DNA of 64,000 bases, from NCBI GenBank assembly GCA_965198005.1, contig CBDAOI010000002.1, forward strand, positions 832,001 through 896,000, in the 5' to 3' direction. The DNA is from Spirochaetia bacterium (GTDB lineage Bacteria > Spirochaetota > Spirochaetia > SZUA-6 > Bin103). Made by a program: the position numbers and the translations under genes. The notes beneath the pieces were generated by a model. The model saw nothing but the letters and a program-made list of their open reading frames with translations. It was not told the origin of the DNA and made no database searches. How positions within the stretch are numbered: the stretch's first letter is position 1; the number at the start of each line of letters is the position of its first letter. Below, one piece after another: positions 50,578 through 61,692 of this stretch.

Positions 50578-52164
50578 ATGAGATCCATCCTCCTGTCGCG
50601 GCTCGCGGTCGAGCTTCGCCCTGACGCGGTGCGCGGCGGGCTGGACCGCACCGTTACCCGGATCTGCTACGACAGCCGCACGGTGCAGCCCGGCGCCATG
50701 TTCGTGGCGCAACCCGGCGCCCAGGTCGACGGCCACCGGTTCATCCCCGAGGCGCTGGCCGCCGGGGCGACCGCCGTGGTCCACAGCCGGGAGCTGGCGC
50801 ACTACGCCGGCGGCGCAACCTACCTGCGCGTGACCGACCCGGCGGCGGCCCTGTCGCGCGCCGCCGCCGGCTTCCACGGCCACCCGTCGCGCGCGCTGAC
50901 CGTGGTCGGGGTCACCGGCACCAACGGCAAGAGCACCACGGCAACCTGGATCTACCATCTGCTGCGCGCCCTCGGCACGCCGGCCGGCCTGATCTCGACC
51001 GTCGGCGCCGACTACGGATCAGGCTACGGCCCCAATCCCGAGCACGTCACCACCCCGCTGGCGGTGGAGACCCACGCCGCGCTGCGCGCCATGGTCGATG
51101 CCGGCCTGGAGGTGGCGGTGGTCGAAGCATCCTCGTGGGGGCTCGATCCGGGCAGCATGCGGCTGGCGGACGTGGCGTTCGACAGCGGCGCGATCACCAA
51201 CTTCAGCCACGACCACCTGGAGCTGCACGGCACCCGTGCCGCCTACCTGGAAGCCAAGTTGAACCTGTTTCGCGCGCTGCAGGGAAGCGCGGCGTTCGGA
51301 GTGGCGCCGGCGGCGCTGGTCGCGCGGGCGCGGGCGGCTGCCGCGGTGCCGGTGTATGGGTTCGGGCGCACCCCGGCGGCCGGCCCGGGCGCCGGCGCGG
51401 GGCCGTGGGCGTGCACCGCGGCGGCGGTCGCGGCCGTGCCGCGCACGGGCCCGCCGCGTACGGCCATGCCCCGGGAACAGCGGTTCAGCCTGTGCCTCGC
51501 CGGCGCCGCGGCGCCGGCCGTCCTGGCCGTTCCGGGCGGCTACAACCTGGACAACTGCCTGGCCGCGGCGTCGGTGGCGGCACGGCTGACCGGCGCTTCC
51601 GCCGCGGACCTGGCGGCGCCGATCGCGCACCTGCGCCTGCCGCCGGGGCACCTGGAAGAGGTCGACTGCGGCCAGCCGTTTCAGGTGATCGTCGACTACG
51701 CCCACACCCCGGCGGCGATGCGCGCCGCGCTCGCCTTCGCCGCCGGCGCCCTGCGCGGCGCCGCCGGCAACCGGCAGCACGGCCAGCGGCGCGGCCGGAT
51801 GATCGTGGTGTTCGGATCGGCGGGCGAGCGCGATACCGCCAAGCGGCCGCTGCAGGGGCGCATCGCCGGCGAGTACGCGGACCTGGTGGTGCTCACCGAC
51901 GAGGACTGCCGGGGCGAGGACCCGCTGGCGATTCTGCAGGCGATCGCGGCCGGGTGCCCGGGGCGCACGGTCGGCGACGACCTGGTGCTGGAGCCGGACC
52001 GGGCCGCGGCGATTGCCTGCGCGGTGAGCGCGGCGCGTGCGGGAGACCTGGTACTGCTGCTCGGCAAGGGGCACGAGGCGAGCATCATCGGACCCGGCGG
52101 CGCCCGGCCATGGGACGAGCGGGCCGCCGCCGCCGCCGCCCTGCGCGCCGCCGGCTACGGCTGA
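50578..52164 (+). CDS. murE: UDP-MurNAc-dipeptide--diamino acid ligase
   Basis: DSR, GVTGTNGKST, TTP, EASS, TN...DHL, VDYAHTP, GERD..KR, GKGHE. Confidence 0.92.
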   Translation: MRSILLSRLAVELRPDAVRGGLDRTVTRICYDSRTVQPGAMFVAQPGAQVDGHRFIPEALAAGATAVVHSRELAHYAGGATYLRVTDPAAALSRAAAGFHGHPSRALTVVGVTGTNGKSTTATWIYHLLRALGTPAGLISTVGADYGSGYGPNPEHVTTPLAVETHAALRAMVDAGLEVAVVEASSWGLDPGSMRLADVAFDSGAITNFSHDHLELHGTRAAYLEAKLNLFRALQGSAAFGVAPAALVARARAAAAVPVYGFGRTPAAGPGAGAGPWACTAAAVAAVPRTGPPRTAMPREQRFSLCLAGAAAPAVLAVPGGYNLDNCLAAASVAARLTGASAADLAAPIAHLRLPPGHLEEVDCGQPFQVIVDYAHTPAAMRAALAFAAGALRGAAGNRQHGQRRGRMIVVFGSAGERDTAKRPLQGRIAGEYADLVVLTDEDCRGEDPLAILQAIAAGCPGRTVGDDLVLEPDRAAAIACAVSAARAGDLVLLLGKGHEASIIGPGGARPWDERAAAAAALRAAGYG

Positions 52165-52329
52165 GGTCCTCGTGGGTCAAGGAGGCCCAGTGATGGCTCG
52201 GTGCCCAGCAGTCGGTGTCGCACACACGATCGTCAAATCGACTGCGCGCGCTGGCGCGCTGTGTTCACGCTGTCACGCTGTCACATTTGTGTTGACAGTC
52301 GCGCGGAATTGAGTATCGTATTGATCACG

Positions 52330-52611
52330 ATGGTTGCGCTGCTGATCGGTCTCGGGCTCGTTCTGTTCGCCATCTACGCCGTGTTGCCGGTGGCATGGTC
52401 TCCCGGTTGGTGGAGTGACGCGATTCAGTTCCTGAAGGGCGGCATTCCGATTCTGGCCGTGTTCGTGGGCCTGATCTCCTTCTTCGTCGGGATCGCGGAC
52501 ATCAAGGACAAGATCGAGGCCAAGCGGGAGGAAGAGGAGGAACGGCGCGAGGCGGCCGCGTCCGGTGGTTCCGGCTCATCCGGCTCGTCCGAAGGTTCCG
52601 ATCCCGGTTGA
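52330..52611 (+). CDS. Small two-TM membrane protein
   Basis: Two hydrophobic segments and a charged tail; TTGACA-16 bp-TATCGT promoter upstream. Confidence 0.75.
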   Translation: MVALLIGLGLVLFAIYAVLPVAWSPGWWSDAIQFLKGGIPILAVFVGLISFFVGIADIKDKIEAKREEEEERREAAASGGSGSSGSSEGSDPG

Positions 52612-52636
52612 CACCGGGTGCCGGTACCCCTACCTT
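52608..52636 (+). promoter_or_regulatory. Promoter of rplM-rpsI
   Basis: TTGACA-17 bp-TACCTT. Confidence 0.7.
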
Positions 52637-52664
52637 AGGCGCTCAGGCACATCGCAGTTCGCAC

Positions 52665-53105
52665 ATGGGAAATCAGTTCGACACGTTGTTCGTGAACCCG
52701 CGCGACATTACGCGCACGTGGTACCTGATCGACGCCCGCGACCGTCCCCTGGGACGGGTGGCGGCGCGCGTTGCCACGCTGCTGCGCGGCAAGCACCGTC
52801 CTTGGTTCACGCCGCACCAGGAAGTGGGCGACTACGTGGTGGTGATCAACGCGCGGCATGCCCGCCTTACCGGCCGCAAGCGGGAGCAGAAGACCTACTA
52901 CCGTCATTCCGGCTACCCGGGCGGGCTGAAGTCGGCAACCTACGACAAGGTGGTGGCACGCAAACCGGTGTTTCCGATGGAGCAGGCGGTGCGCGGCATG
53001 CTGCCCAAGGGGCCGCTGGGACGCAAGCTGTTCGGCAACGTCAAGATCTACGCGGACGCCGAGCACCCGCACGCCGCGCAGCAGCCGGAAGAGCTGCCGG
53101 TGTGA
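52665..53105 (+). CDS. rplM: 50S ribosomal protein L13
   Basis: WYLIDA...LGR.A...A.LLRGKH, HSGYPGGLK, GMLPK. Confidence 0.98.
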   Translation: MGNQFDTLFVNPRDITRTWYLIDARDRPLGRVAARVATLLRGKHRPWFTPHQEVGDYVVVINARHARLTGRKREQKTYYRHSGYPGGLKSATYDKVVARKPVFPMEQAVRGMLPKGPLGRKLFGNVKIYADAEHPHAAQQPEELPV

Positions 53106-53127
53106 CGGCCAACAGGAGGGCGAGTCG

Positions 53128-53520
53128 ATGGCAACCAACTTGGCGCTAGGCACCGGGCGGCGCAAGACCGCGGTGGCGCGGGTGTTTCTGCGGGCCGGCA
53201 GCGGCAAGGTCGAGGTAAACGGGCGCTCCCCGCGCGACTACTTCGGAGCCGACGATCTGGAGCGGGAGGCGCTCGCCCCGCTCGACGTTACCGACAACCT
53301 GAACAAATACGACGTGCTGATCCGGGTGCGGGGCGGCGGCCCGCACGGTCAGGCCGGCGCCTGCCGCCACGGGTTGGCGCGGGCGCTGCTGCAGCACGAC
53401 GAGACCAACCGCCGCACCCTGCGGGCCAACGAAATGCTGACGCGCGACCGGCGCATGGTCGAGCGCAAGAAGTACGGCCAGCCCAAGGCGCGCCGGCGAT
53501 TCCAGTTTTCGAAGCGGTAA
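53128..53520 (+). CDS. rpsI: 30S ribosomal protein S9
   Basis: GTGRRKTAVARV, GGG..GQA, ERKKYG...ARR.FQFSKR. Confidence 0.98.
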   Translation: MATNLALGTGRRKTAVARVFLRAGSGKVEVNGRSPRDYFGADDLEREALAPLDVTDNLNKYDVLIRVRGGGPHGQAGACRHGLARALLQHDETNRRTLRANEMLTRDRRMVERKKYGQPKARRRFQFSKR

Positions 53521-53591
53521 TCGACAGCATCCGGCCGGCACCGCCGCGGCGTGGCGCCGTCCACCCCACCTGGGCGCGGGCGCGGGACACT

Positions 53592-55531
<1,940 letters not shown>

Positions 55532-55644
55532 TCAACCGGAGCGGGCACCATGTCCGACCGTTGCGTCGGTCCGTCGATCGTCGAGTTGTTGACCGGCCAT
55601 GGGCGTGGGCGTATCATCTCGGCGATGAGCGGCAGGAGCTGGAT

Positions 55645-55761
55645 GTCGAGCTCAACCTTCGCTGGAACCGGATAAGCGACGTCTCGGCCCTGGTGGAGAA
55701 CACCGGACTTTCCGAGGGTGACACCATAAATCTGGCGCAGAATCAGCTCAGCGAGGAGTCG
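55645..55761 (+). pseudogene. Internalin-like leucine-rich repeat shard
   Basis: ELNLRWNRISDVSALVENTGLSEGDTINLAQNQLSEES. Confidence 0.6.
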
Positions 55762-56361
55762 ATGGCCCTCTTCTGCTCCGCTCGGGAGCGCCGCCTCTGG
55801 CTGTGGACGCTGGCCGTCGTGATGGCGATCTACTCCACCCTCGGCCTCGCGCGCACGCTGGCCGGGGCACTGCGCGAGCACGGCCTGCTGGGCGCCTCCT
55901 TCCCCCTCGTCTCCTTTCTCCTCGCCATATTCCTGGTGGGGGCGACCATCGTCACGCACGGCCTGAACGCCCGGCCGGGCGGAGTGGAGGTCGCCGTCGC
56001 CCTGGGTGTCACGGCCGCCTACCTGCTGGTGTTCCTCCGGATGGCGAGTCCGGAGGAGCGCTCGCACCTCATCGAGTACGGCGTGGTGGGCGTCTTCATC
56101 TACGAAGCGCTCGCCGAGCGCGCCAGCCAGGGTCGCCGCGTCCCGGCGCTGCCCCTGCTCGCCGTCCTGGCCACGGCGGCGCTGGGCCTACTCGACGAGT
56201 GCATCCAGGCGTTTCTGCCCAGCCGCGTCTTCGACCCGATAGACATCCTGTTCAACCTGCTCGCGAGCGCGATGGCGGTGGGTGCGAGCGTCGCGCTGGC
56301 GTGGGCGCGGCGGTGGACGAGGTCCCGCCGGGCGCGCCGTCACGTCGGCCCATCTCGATAG
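55762..56361 (+). CDS. VanZ-like membrane protein
   Basis: Multiple TMs; ERSH..EY, LDE.IQ.FLP.R.FD..D..FN. Confidence 0.75.
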   Translation: MALFCSARERRLWLWTLAVVMAIYSTLGLARTLAGALREHGLLGASFPLVSFLLAIFLVGATIVTHGLNARPGGVEVAVALGVTAAYLLVFLRMASPEERSHLIEYGVVGVFIYEALAERASQGRRVPALPLLAVLATAALGLLDECIQAFLPSRVFDPIDILFNLLASAMAVGASVALAWARRWTRSRRARRHVGPSR

Positions 56362-56444
56362 CCGGCTGGGTCCTAACCCCCTGTACCCCCCCAGTTTTTT
56401 CGAACCGAGAAACCGAGAAACAATAATCGATGAATCGAGGAAAT

Positions 56445-56590
56445 CCAGGCAATCCGGGGAAGGCGGCTCTGAGATGTCCGCCGAGAAGCAGTCATCATCT
56501 CTGATCCATATGCCTTCCGCGTGTATCAACTTGATCTTGTTGTTGATGCGCTCGACCAGCCTCTGTATAGAGACGCCAGCGACACTCAGC
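56445..56590 (-). mobile_element. Degraded ISL3-family transposase C-terminus
   Basis: Across frameshifts: CRW.LYT..VERINNKIKLI..KAYG.RDDDCF...RAAFPG, matching the ISL3 EG.NNKIK.IKR.AYG.RD..YF tail. Confidence 0.65.
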
Positions 56591-56803
56591 GACATGACAA
56601 CCTAGCCCGCGTGACGGGCGGTCACGTCGTTTGCAGTCGTGCCACGGAAAGCGCAGAACGCTGGCGGTAGCCACAGTCGAGTTCGACGATCCGGCATCCC
56701 ACCTGCCCGCCATCGACCGCCTGAGGGGTTCTGGCCAACCACGCTCGCCGCCTGGGGTCTTGCATAGATGGCTTTGGTCTTTCACGGATGGAGGCAGTAG
56801 AAT

Positions 56804-57033
56804 ATGGCTTCTGACGAATCCTGAGTCGGTATGGCAGGATGTAGCTACCCACCTGCAGGTGTCGAAGAAACGGTCTACCGATGGGTCGATGCGAGGGGCC
56901 TACCGGCGCATCGGAGCTGTTGCGATTCAGGCTCTCACAGGTGGACGAATGGGTCCAAGACAGCCGCGCCAGCCGGACGATCGGCCATCGGGCGAGGCGG
57001 AAAAACAACGGAGACGATCGAGAGAATGGCTGA
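56804..57033 (+). pseudogene. Excisionase-like HTH regulator, inactivated by a stop and frameshifts
   Basis: GGAGG RBS; MASDES*V / QDVATHLQVS / ETVYRWVDARGLPAHR / LLRFRLSQVDEWVQ; stop overlaps the SNF2 ATG. Confidence 0.75.
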
Positions 57034-60000
57034 GCATCCCCTTTCAACGAAGATCGGCAACCGGGTGTCCCTGACGGGCCACTTTGACGTGCCGGTCATC
57101 TTGGAGGATGCACGACCCTTGGGGACGAATGGGTCGGCGGGTTACGAGTGCCGCGTTCGCCTGCCCGACGGGGCGCTCGAGGAGGCGGTCATCTCGCCCG
57201 ACGAGGCCGCCGCGATTCTTGGCGCACAAGAAAAATGCGCGGCCCGGCCCGCGGACGCGGAACGATTGCGACTCCTGATCGAATCCGCCCGCATTCGCCT
57301 CGCCTACGCCTACGACCGGCAGTTTGCGGTCAGCCTGTCCGGTATCCGCACGCTGCCACACCAGATCGAGGCAGTCTACCTGAAGATGCTGCCCCAGCCG
57401 CGTCTGCGATTCCTGCTCGCCGACGACCCCGGCGCCGGCAAGACGATCATGGCCGGCCTCCTGATCAAGGAACTCAAGCTGCGGGAGGCAATCGACCGCT
57501 GTCTGATCCTCGTCCCGGCGCCCTTGACGATTCAGTGGCAGGACGAGCTGCTTCGCTTCTTCAACGAGCCGTTTCAGATCATCCACTCCGCCAATGACCA
57601 GCAGCAGCTTCTGAATCTCTGGGAACGGGAATCCCAAGTCGTCTCATCTTTGGACTATGCCAAGCAGGACGAGGTCCGCGAGCGCGTGTGGCAGCAGCGA
57701 TGGGACCTCATCATCATCGACGAAGCCCACAAGTGCAGCGCCTATACGAAGCGCTCAGCGGGGCGCGACGACGAAGTCGAGCGCACGAAGCGCTATCAAC
57801 TCGCCGAGCGTCTCTCCGAGCAGTGCGACAACCTGCTCCTTCTGACCGCGACCCCCCATCACGGCGACGACGACCGGTTCGCCCACTTCATACGACTGCT
57901 CGACCGCGATCTGTTCCCCGAGCCGCACCGCTTCAGCGAGGCAGCCGGTCGCCTGCGGCGGGATATTCTGAAGCTCGGAGAGGATTGCCCCTGGTCGCTC
58001 CGGCGCCTGAAGGAAGACATGAAGGACATGCGCGGCCGCCGGCTGTTTCCAGACCGCCACGTGCAGACCGTCAGCTTCAACCTCGGGCCGGAGGAGTACA
58101 CCATCTACAAGGCCGTCACGGCGTACATCAACGAGTACTTGCCGCAGTCGACGGGGCGCCGGAAGAACAGCGTGGCGCTTGCGCGCACCGTCTTCCAGCG
58201 ACGTCTGGCAAGTTCGACGCACGCGATTCACGAATCCCTGCGTCGCCGGCGGAAGAAGCTGGACGATCTCCTCCGCGAGCTTGAAGAGCTTTCTCCGTTC
58301 CAGCGGTCGAGGCGGCTTGCACAAATGCAAGGTCGATTGTCGGACACCGAGCAGGACGAAGACGACCTCGACGAGGCGGCCCGGGACGAGCTGATCGACG
58401 AAGCGACGACTACGGCAGAACTGGACCAGATCCGCGCCGAACTGGCGGAGTTGGCCGATCTGGTGGCCCGCGTCGGCCGGGTCCGGGAGAGCGGCCGCGA
58501 CTCGAAGCTGGTCGCCCTGCGCGAGTGCGTACGGCGGTCGGAGTTCGAGGAACTGAAGGACGGACGGGGCAAGCTCCTCATCTTCACCGAGCATCGAGAC
58601 ACGCTCAACCACCTTCGCGAGCATCTGGAGGCGTGGGGTTACTCGACCTGCCAGATCCACGGCGGGATGAATCCGCGCGAACGCAAGCAGGCGCAGGAGG
58701 AGTTTCGGACCAGCCGCCAGATTTGCGTGGCGACCGAGGCGGCCGGCGAAGGCATCAATCTCCAGTTCTGCCACCTGATGATCAATTACGACCTGCCCTG
58801 GAATCCGACCCGCCTCGAACAGCGCCTGGGCCGCATCCACCGCATCGGTCAGTCACGCGACGTGTATGCGTTCAACTTCGTGGCGACTTCGTCGGAGGAT
58901 GGCCAGCCGGTCATCGAAGGGCGCATCCTCGAACGACTCCTGAGCAAGCTGGATCGTATGCGGGAAGCGCTTGGAGACCGGGTGTTCGACGTGGTCGGCG
59001 AAGTGCTTTCCCTAAACAAGGTCAATCTGCCGGACATGCTCCGAGAGGTCGCCTACGAACCGAGGCGGCTGGACGAGTACCTCGACGTGATCGAACAGAT
59101 CGACCCCGATCTGCTCGGCCGCTACGAAGCGGCGACCGGCATCGCCCTGGCGCGAGGGCACGTGGATTTCAGCGCGTTCGCCCAGGCCAATCTGGCGGCC
59201 GAGGAGCGGCGGCTCATGCCGCGCTACGTCCAGTCCCACTTCCTGAGCGCCGCCAAGGCGGTGGGCCTGCGTACGGAAGCGCGCGCCGACGGGCTGTGGC
59301 GCATCGAGCACGTGCGCGCCGATTTGCGCTCCGAGCGTCTCGACGCCGTGCGACGCATCGGCAAGCCCGACGCGAGCTACCGCAAGCTCACGTTTTACAA
59401 GGAGCACCTAGAGCAGGATCAACACCTGGATGCCGTGCTCCTGGGTCCCGGCCATCCGCTCTACGCCGCCGCCGATGAGAAGCTGAGGGAACTCCTGCAC
59501 GACATTGTGGGGCAGACCGCCGTCTACGTGGATCCGATGACCGAGGTCCCCTACCGGCTCCACTTCTTCGAAATCTCGGTGCGCGGCCAGACCGCCAAGG
59601 GCGAAGCGGCCACCATTCATGCCGAGCTCGTGGCCGTCCGCGAGGAAGTCGGCGATGGCGTGGCGATCGCCAGTCGTTTCGCCATAGTTCCGGCCGACGT
59701 GTTGATCGACCTGCCGGCGCACCCGCACCCGCCGGAGACGCTTCCCGAGATCGAATACGGTCCAGTCCGCGACTACGTCAAGACGACCCTGCAGATGGAC
59801 CGCCGGCACAATGCGCAGCGCGAGCGCGGCCGGTACGCCGACGTGGCGCGCGACTACCTCGAGCAGTCCTTCGAGGCACGAGTTCGGGCTGCGCGGGATC
59901 GGGTGATGGCGCTGCGCGCCCGCGAGCCGAGGGAACCGGAGGTGGCCCTGGCGCGGCAGCGGGCGGAGAACGACCTGGCCGATCTCGACCGCACCCGACA

Positions 60001-60571
60001 GGAACGCATCGCCGGTGTCGACCGGCTACGCGTGGCCCGCCACGGCCCGCTACGCCACGTGGCGAGTTGCGTGGTGTTGCCGCCGGACACGGCGGTGGAC
60101 AGCTTCCCGGAGCTGGCGGAAGAGTTGGATGCCGCGCTCAAGCGGCGCATCGAGCTCGCCGCCGAGGACATCGCGGTGGCCTACGAAGAGGCCCGGGGCC
60201 GCGAGTGCGAACGGGTCGGCCACCTCAAGATCGGCTTCGACATCCGCAGCCTCGCGCCGGCCGACCCGCAGACCGGATACTTCGATCCGGTAGCCGGCGT
60301 GCGCCGCATCGAGGTCAAGGGCCGGCGGCGCGGCCGGCCGGTCAGGCTGACCACCAACGAGTGGTATAAGGCGCAGCAGCTCGGCGACTCCTATTGGCTC
60401 TACGTGGTCTGGGACCCGCTCGACCACCCGGATGCGGTTCCGCTCATGATCCGCAACCCCGCCAAGCACCTGGACTACGCCAAGAAGGAGGTGGTGGCCG
60501 CCCGCTACTACGACGTACCGGCCCGCGCCGTCGAACGGGCGGCACGCGAGCAGCGGGGGCAGCCTCGGTGA
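57026..60571 (+). CDS. SNF2-family helicase with a C-terminal DUF3883 (PD-D/ExK-type) nuclease domain, 1181 aa
   Basis: LADDPGAGKT, DEAH, LTATP, GEGINLQ, PWNP.RLEQR.GRIHRIGQ; GFDIRS...IEVKG...LT.NEW...YWLYVV; start supported by the paralog at 9368. Confidence 0.92.
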   Translation: MAEHPLSTKIGNRVSLTGHFDVPVILEDARPLGTNGSAGYECRVRLPDGALEEAVISPDEAAAILGAQEKCAARPADAERLRLLIESARIRLAYAYDRQFAVSLSGIRTLPHQIEAVYLKMLPQPRLRFLLADDPGAGKTIMAGLLIKELKLREAIDRCLILVPAPLTIQWQDELLRFFNEPFQIIHSANDQQQLLNLWERESQVVSSLDYAKQDEVRERVWQQRWDLIIIDEAHKCSAYTKRSAGRDDEVERTKRYQLAERLSEQCDNLLLLTATPHHGDDDRFAHFIRLLDRDLFPEPHRFSEAAGRLRRDILKLGEDCPWSLRRLKEDMKDMRGRRLFPDRHVQTVSFNLGPEEYTIYKAVTAYINEYLPQSTGRRKNSVALARTVFQRRLASSTHAIHESLRRRRKKLDDLLRELEELSPFQRSRRLAQMQGRLSDTEQDEDDLDEAARDELIDEATTTAELDQIRAELAELADLVARVGRVRESGRDSKLVALRECVRRSEFEELKDGRGKLLIFTEHRDTLNHLREHLEAWGYSTCQIHGGMNPRERKQAQEEFRTSRQICVATEAAGEGINLQFCHLMINYDLPWNPTRLEQRLGRIHRIGQSRDVYAFNFVATSSEDGQPVIEGRILERLLSKLDRMREALGDRVFDVVGEVLSLNKVNLPDMLREVAYEPRRLDEYLDVIEQIDPDLLGRYEAATGIALARGHVDFSAFAQANLAAEERRLMPRYVQSHFLSAAKAVGLRTEARADGLWRIEHVRADLRSERLDAVRRIGKPDASYRKLTFYKEHLEQDQHLDAVLLGPGHPLYAAADEKLRELLHDIVGQTAVYVDPMTEVPYRLHFFEISVRGQTAKGEAATIHAELVAVREEVGDGVAIASRFAIVPADVLIDLPAHPHPPETLPEIEYGPVRDYVKTTLQMDRRHNAQRERGRYADVARDYLEQSFEARVRAARDRVMALRAREPREPEVALARQRAENDLADLDRTRQERIAGVDRLRVARHGPLRHVASCVVLPPDTAVDSFPELAEELDAALKRRIELAAEDIAVAYEEARGRECERVGHLKIGFDIRSLAPADPQTGYFDPVAGVRRIEVKGRRRGRPVRLTTNEWYKAQQLGDSYWLYVVWDPLDHPDAVPLMIRNPAKHLDYAKKEVVAARYYDVPARAVERAAREQRGQPR

Positions 60572-60662
60572 TTTGCGCACAAAGACAAAGATTCAGCTCC
60601 AATACCATGCGCTCTGTCACAGCCGCTCGCACGACACTGATCAAGGGAGAAGGAGAACACTG

Positions 60663-61646
60663 ATGCCCGCAAATGTGGAATCCATGGCTTACCATGGTGG
60701 TAAACCTTGGCACGGCTTGGGAACGCAGGTACCCCACAGAGTCACCGCCAAGGAGATGATCAAGGCCGCCGGGCTCGACTGGCAGGTGCAGTTGCGTCCG
60801 GCGAGAGGCTCGCGGAAGATCAACAAGAAGGGAGACGTATCTCGCTATGAAATCGTGCGTCTTCCACGTCCGAACAGTCAAGAGGAGGAAGCCCTGTTTG
60901 GTGTGGTGAGCCGGCGCTATCAGCCCCTGCAGAACAGCGAAGCTTTTGCTTTCTTCGATCCCGTAATCGATAGTAAGAGAGCGCACTTCGAGACGGCGGG
61001 CGCACTCGGTGAGGGTGAAAGGATATGGGTCTTGGCCAAGATTCCCGGCACCATGGAAATCGTCCCGGGCGACGAGTGTCACAAGTACCTGCTACTGTCG
61101 AATACTCACACTGGCGAAGGTTCGGTAGTCGTGAAGTTCACGTCGATCCGCGTAGTCTGTGAGAACACGCTGATGTTGTCGATGGAGGATGGACAACACG
61201 CATATCGGGTACGACACTCCAAGATGATGCAATTCAGGTTGGATGAGTTGTCGAATTTCCTCGCAGTAGTTACACAGGTATACGAACGCGCCGAAGCGGA
61301 GTTGCGCAGATTGGCGGAAGTTCAAGTCACGGATGCCCGACTCAGGGAATATTTCGACGCGGTGTTCCCCAGGACTCGCAAGCAGAAGGCCGACAATAAG
61401 GATCCCGTGCGCTGGGGGCATGTTCGGGAGCTCTTCGATAGCAGCACCGATCTGCAATTGAACGGTGTCAAGGGAACGCTTTGGGCAGCGTACAACGCGA
61501 TCACGAGATTCGAAGACTACAAGCGTCCGATGGAGGACGAGATTCAAGACCGAAGGCTGGGGCGGATCTGGTTCGGTTCCGGTGCCGATGTCAAGTTGCG
61601 AGCGCTGCAAAAGGCATCCACGTTCGCGGAAAGCTGGCGCAATTGA
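60663..61646 (+). CDS. DUF932-like phage/plasmid-type protein
   Basis: MPANVESM.Y....PWHGLG, AGLDW.V, Y.PLQN..AF.FFD, ETAG.L..G, LL.N.H.G, IRVVC.NTL, GT.WAAYNAIT; AGGAG RBS. Confidence 0.85.
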   Translation: MPANVESMAYHGGKPWHGLGTQVPHRVTAKEMIKAAGLDWQVQLRPARGSRKINKKGDVSRYEIVRLPRPNSQEEEALFGVVSRRYQPLQNSEAFAFFDPVIDSKRAHFETAGALGEGERIWVLAKIPGTMEIVPGDECHKYLLLSNTHTGEGSVVVKFTSIRVVCENTLMLSMEDGQHAYRVRHSKMMQFRLDELSNFLAVVTQVYERAEAELRRLAEVQVTDARLREYFDAVFPRTRKQKADNKDPVRWGHVRELFDSSTDLQLNGVKGTLWAAYNAITRFEDYKRPMEDEIQDRRLGRIWFGSGADVKLRALQKASTFAESWRN

Positions 61647-61692
61647 TCCGGACGACGGCGGATAGTAGCAGGAGCGCCGAGGATCGTCGCCA

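Noticed and set aside
55561-56361. LRR-VanZ fusion protein
   Set aside because: The LRR part is a startless shard that happens to be in frame; no credible RBS or start upstream
56831-57025. 65-aa N-terminal extension of the SNF2 ORF
   Set aside because: Derived from the broken HTH gene; the paralog at 9368 fixes the start at 57026
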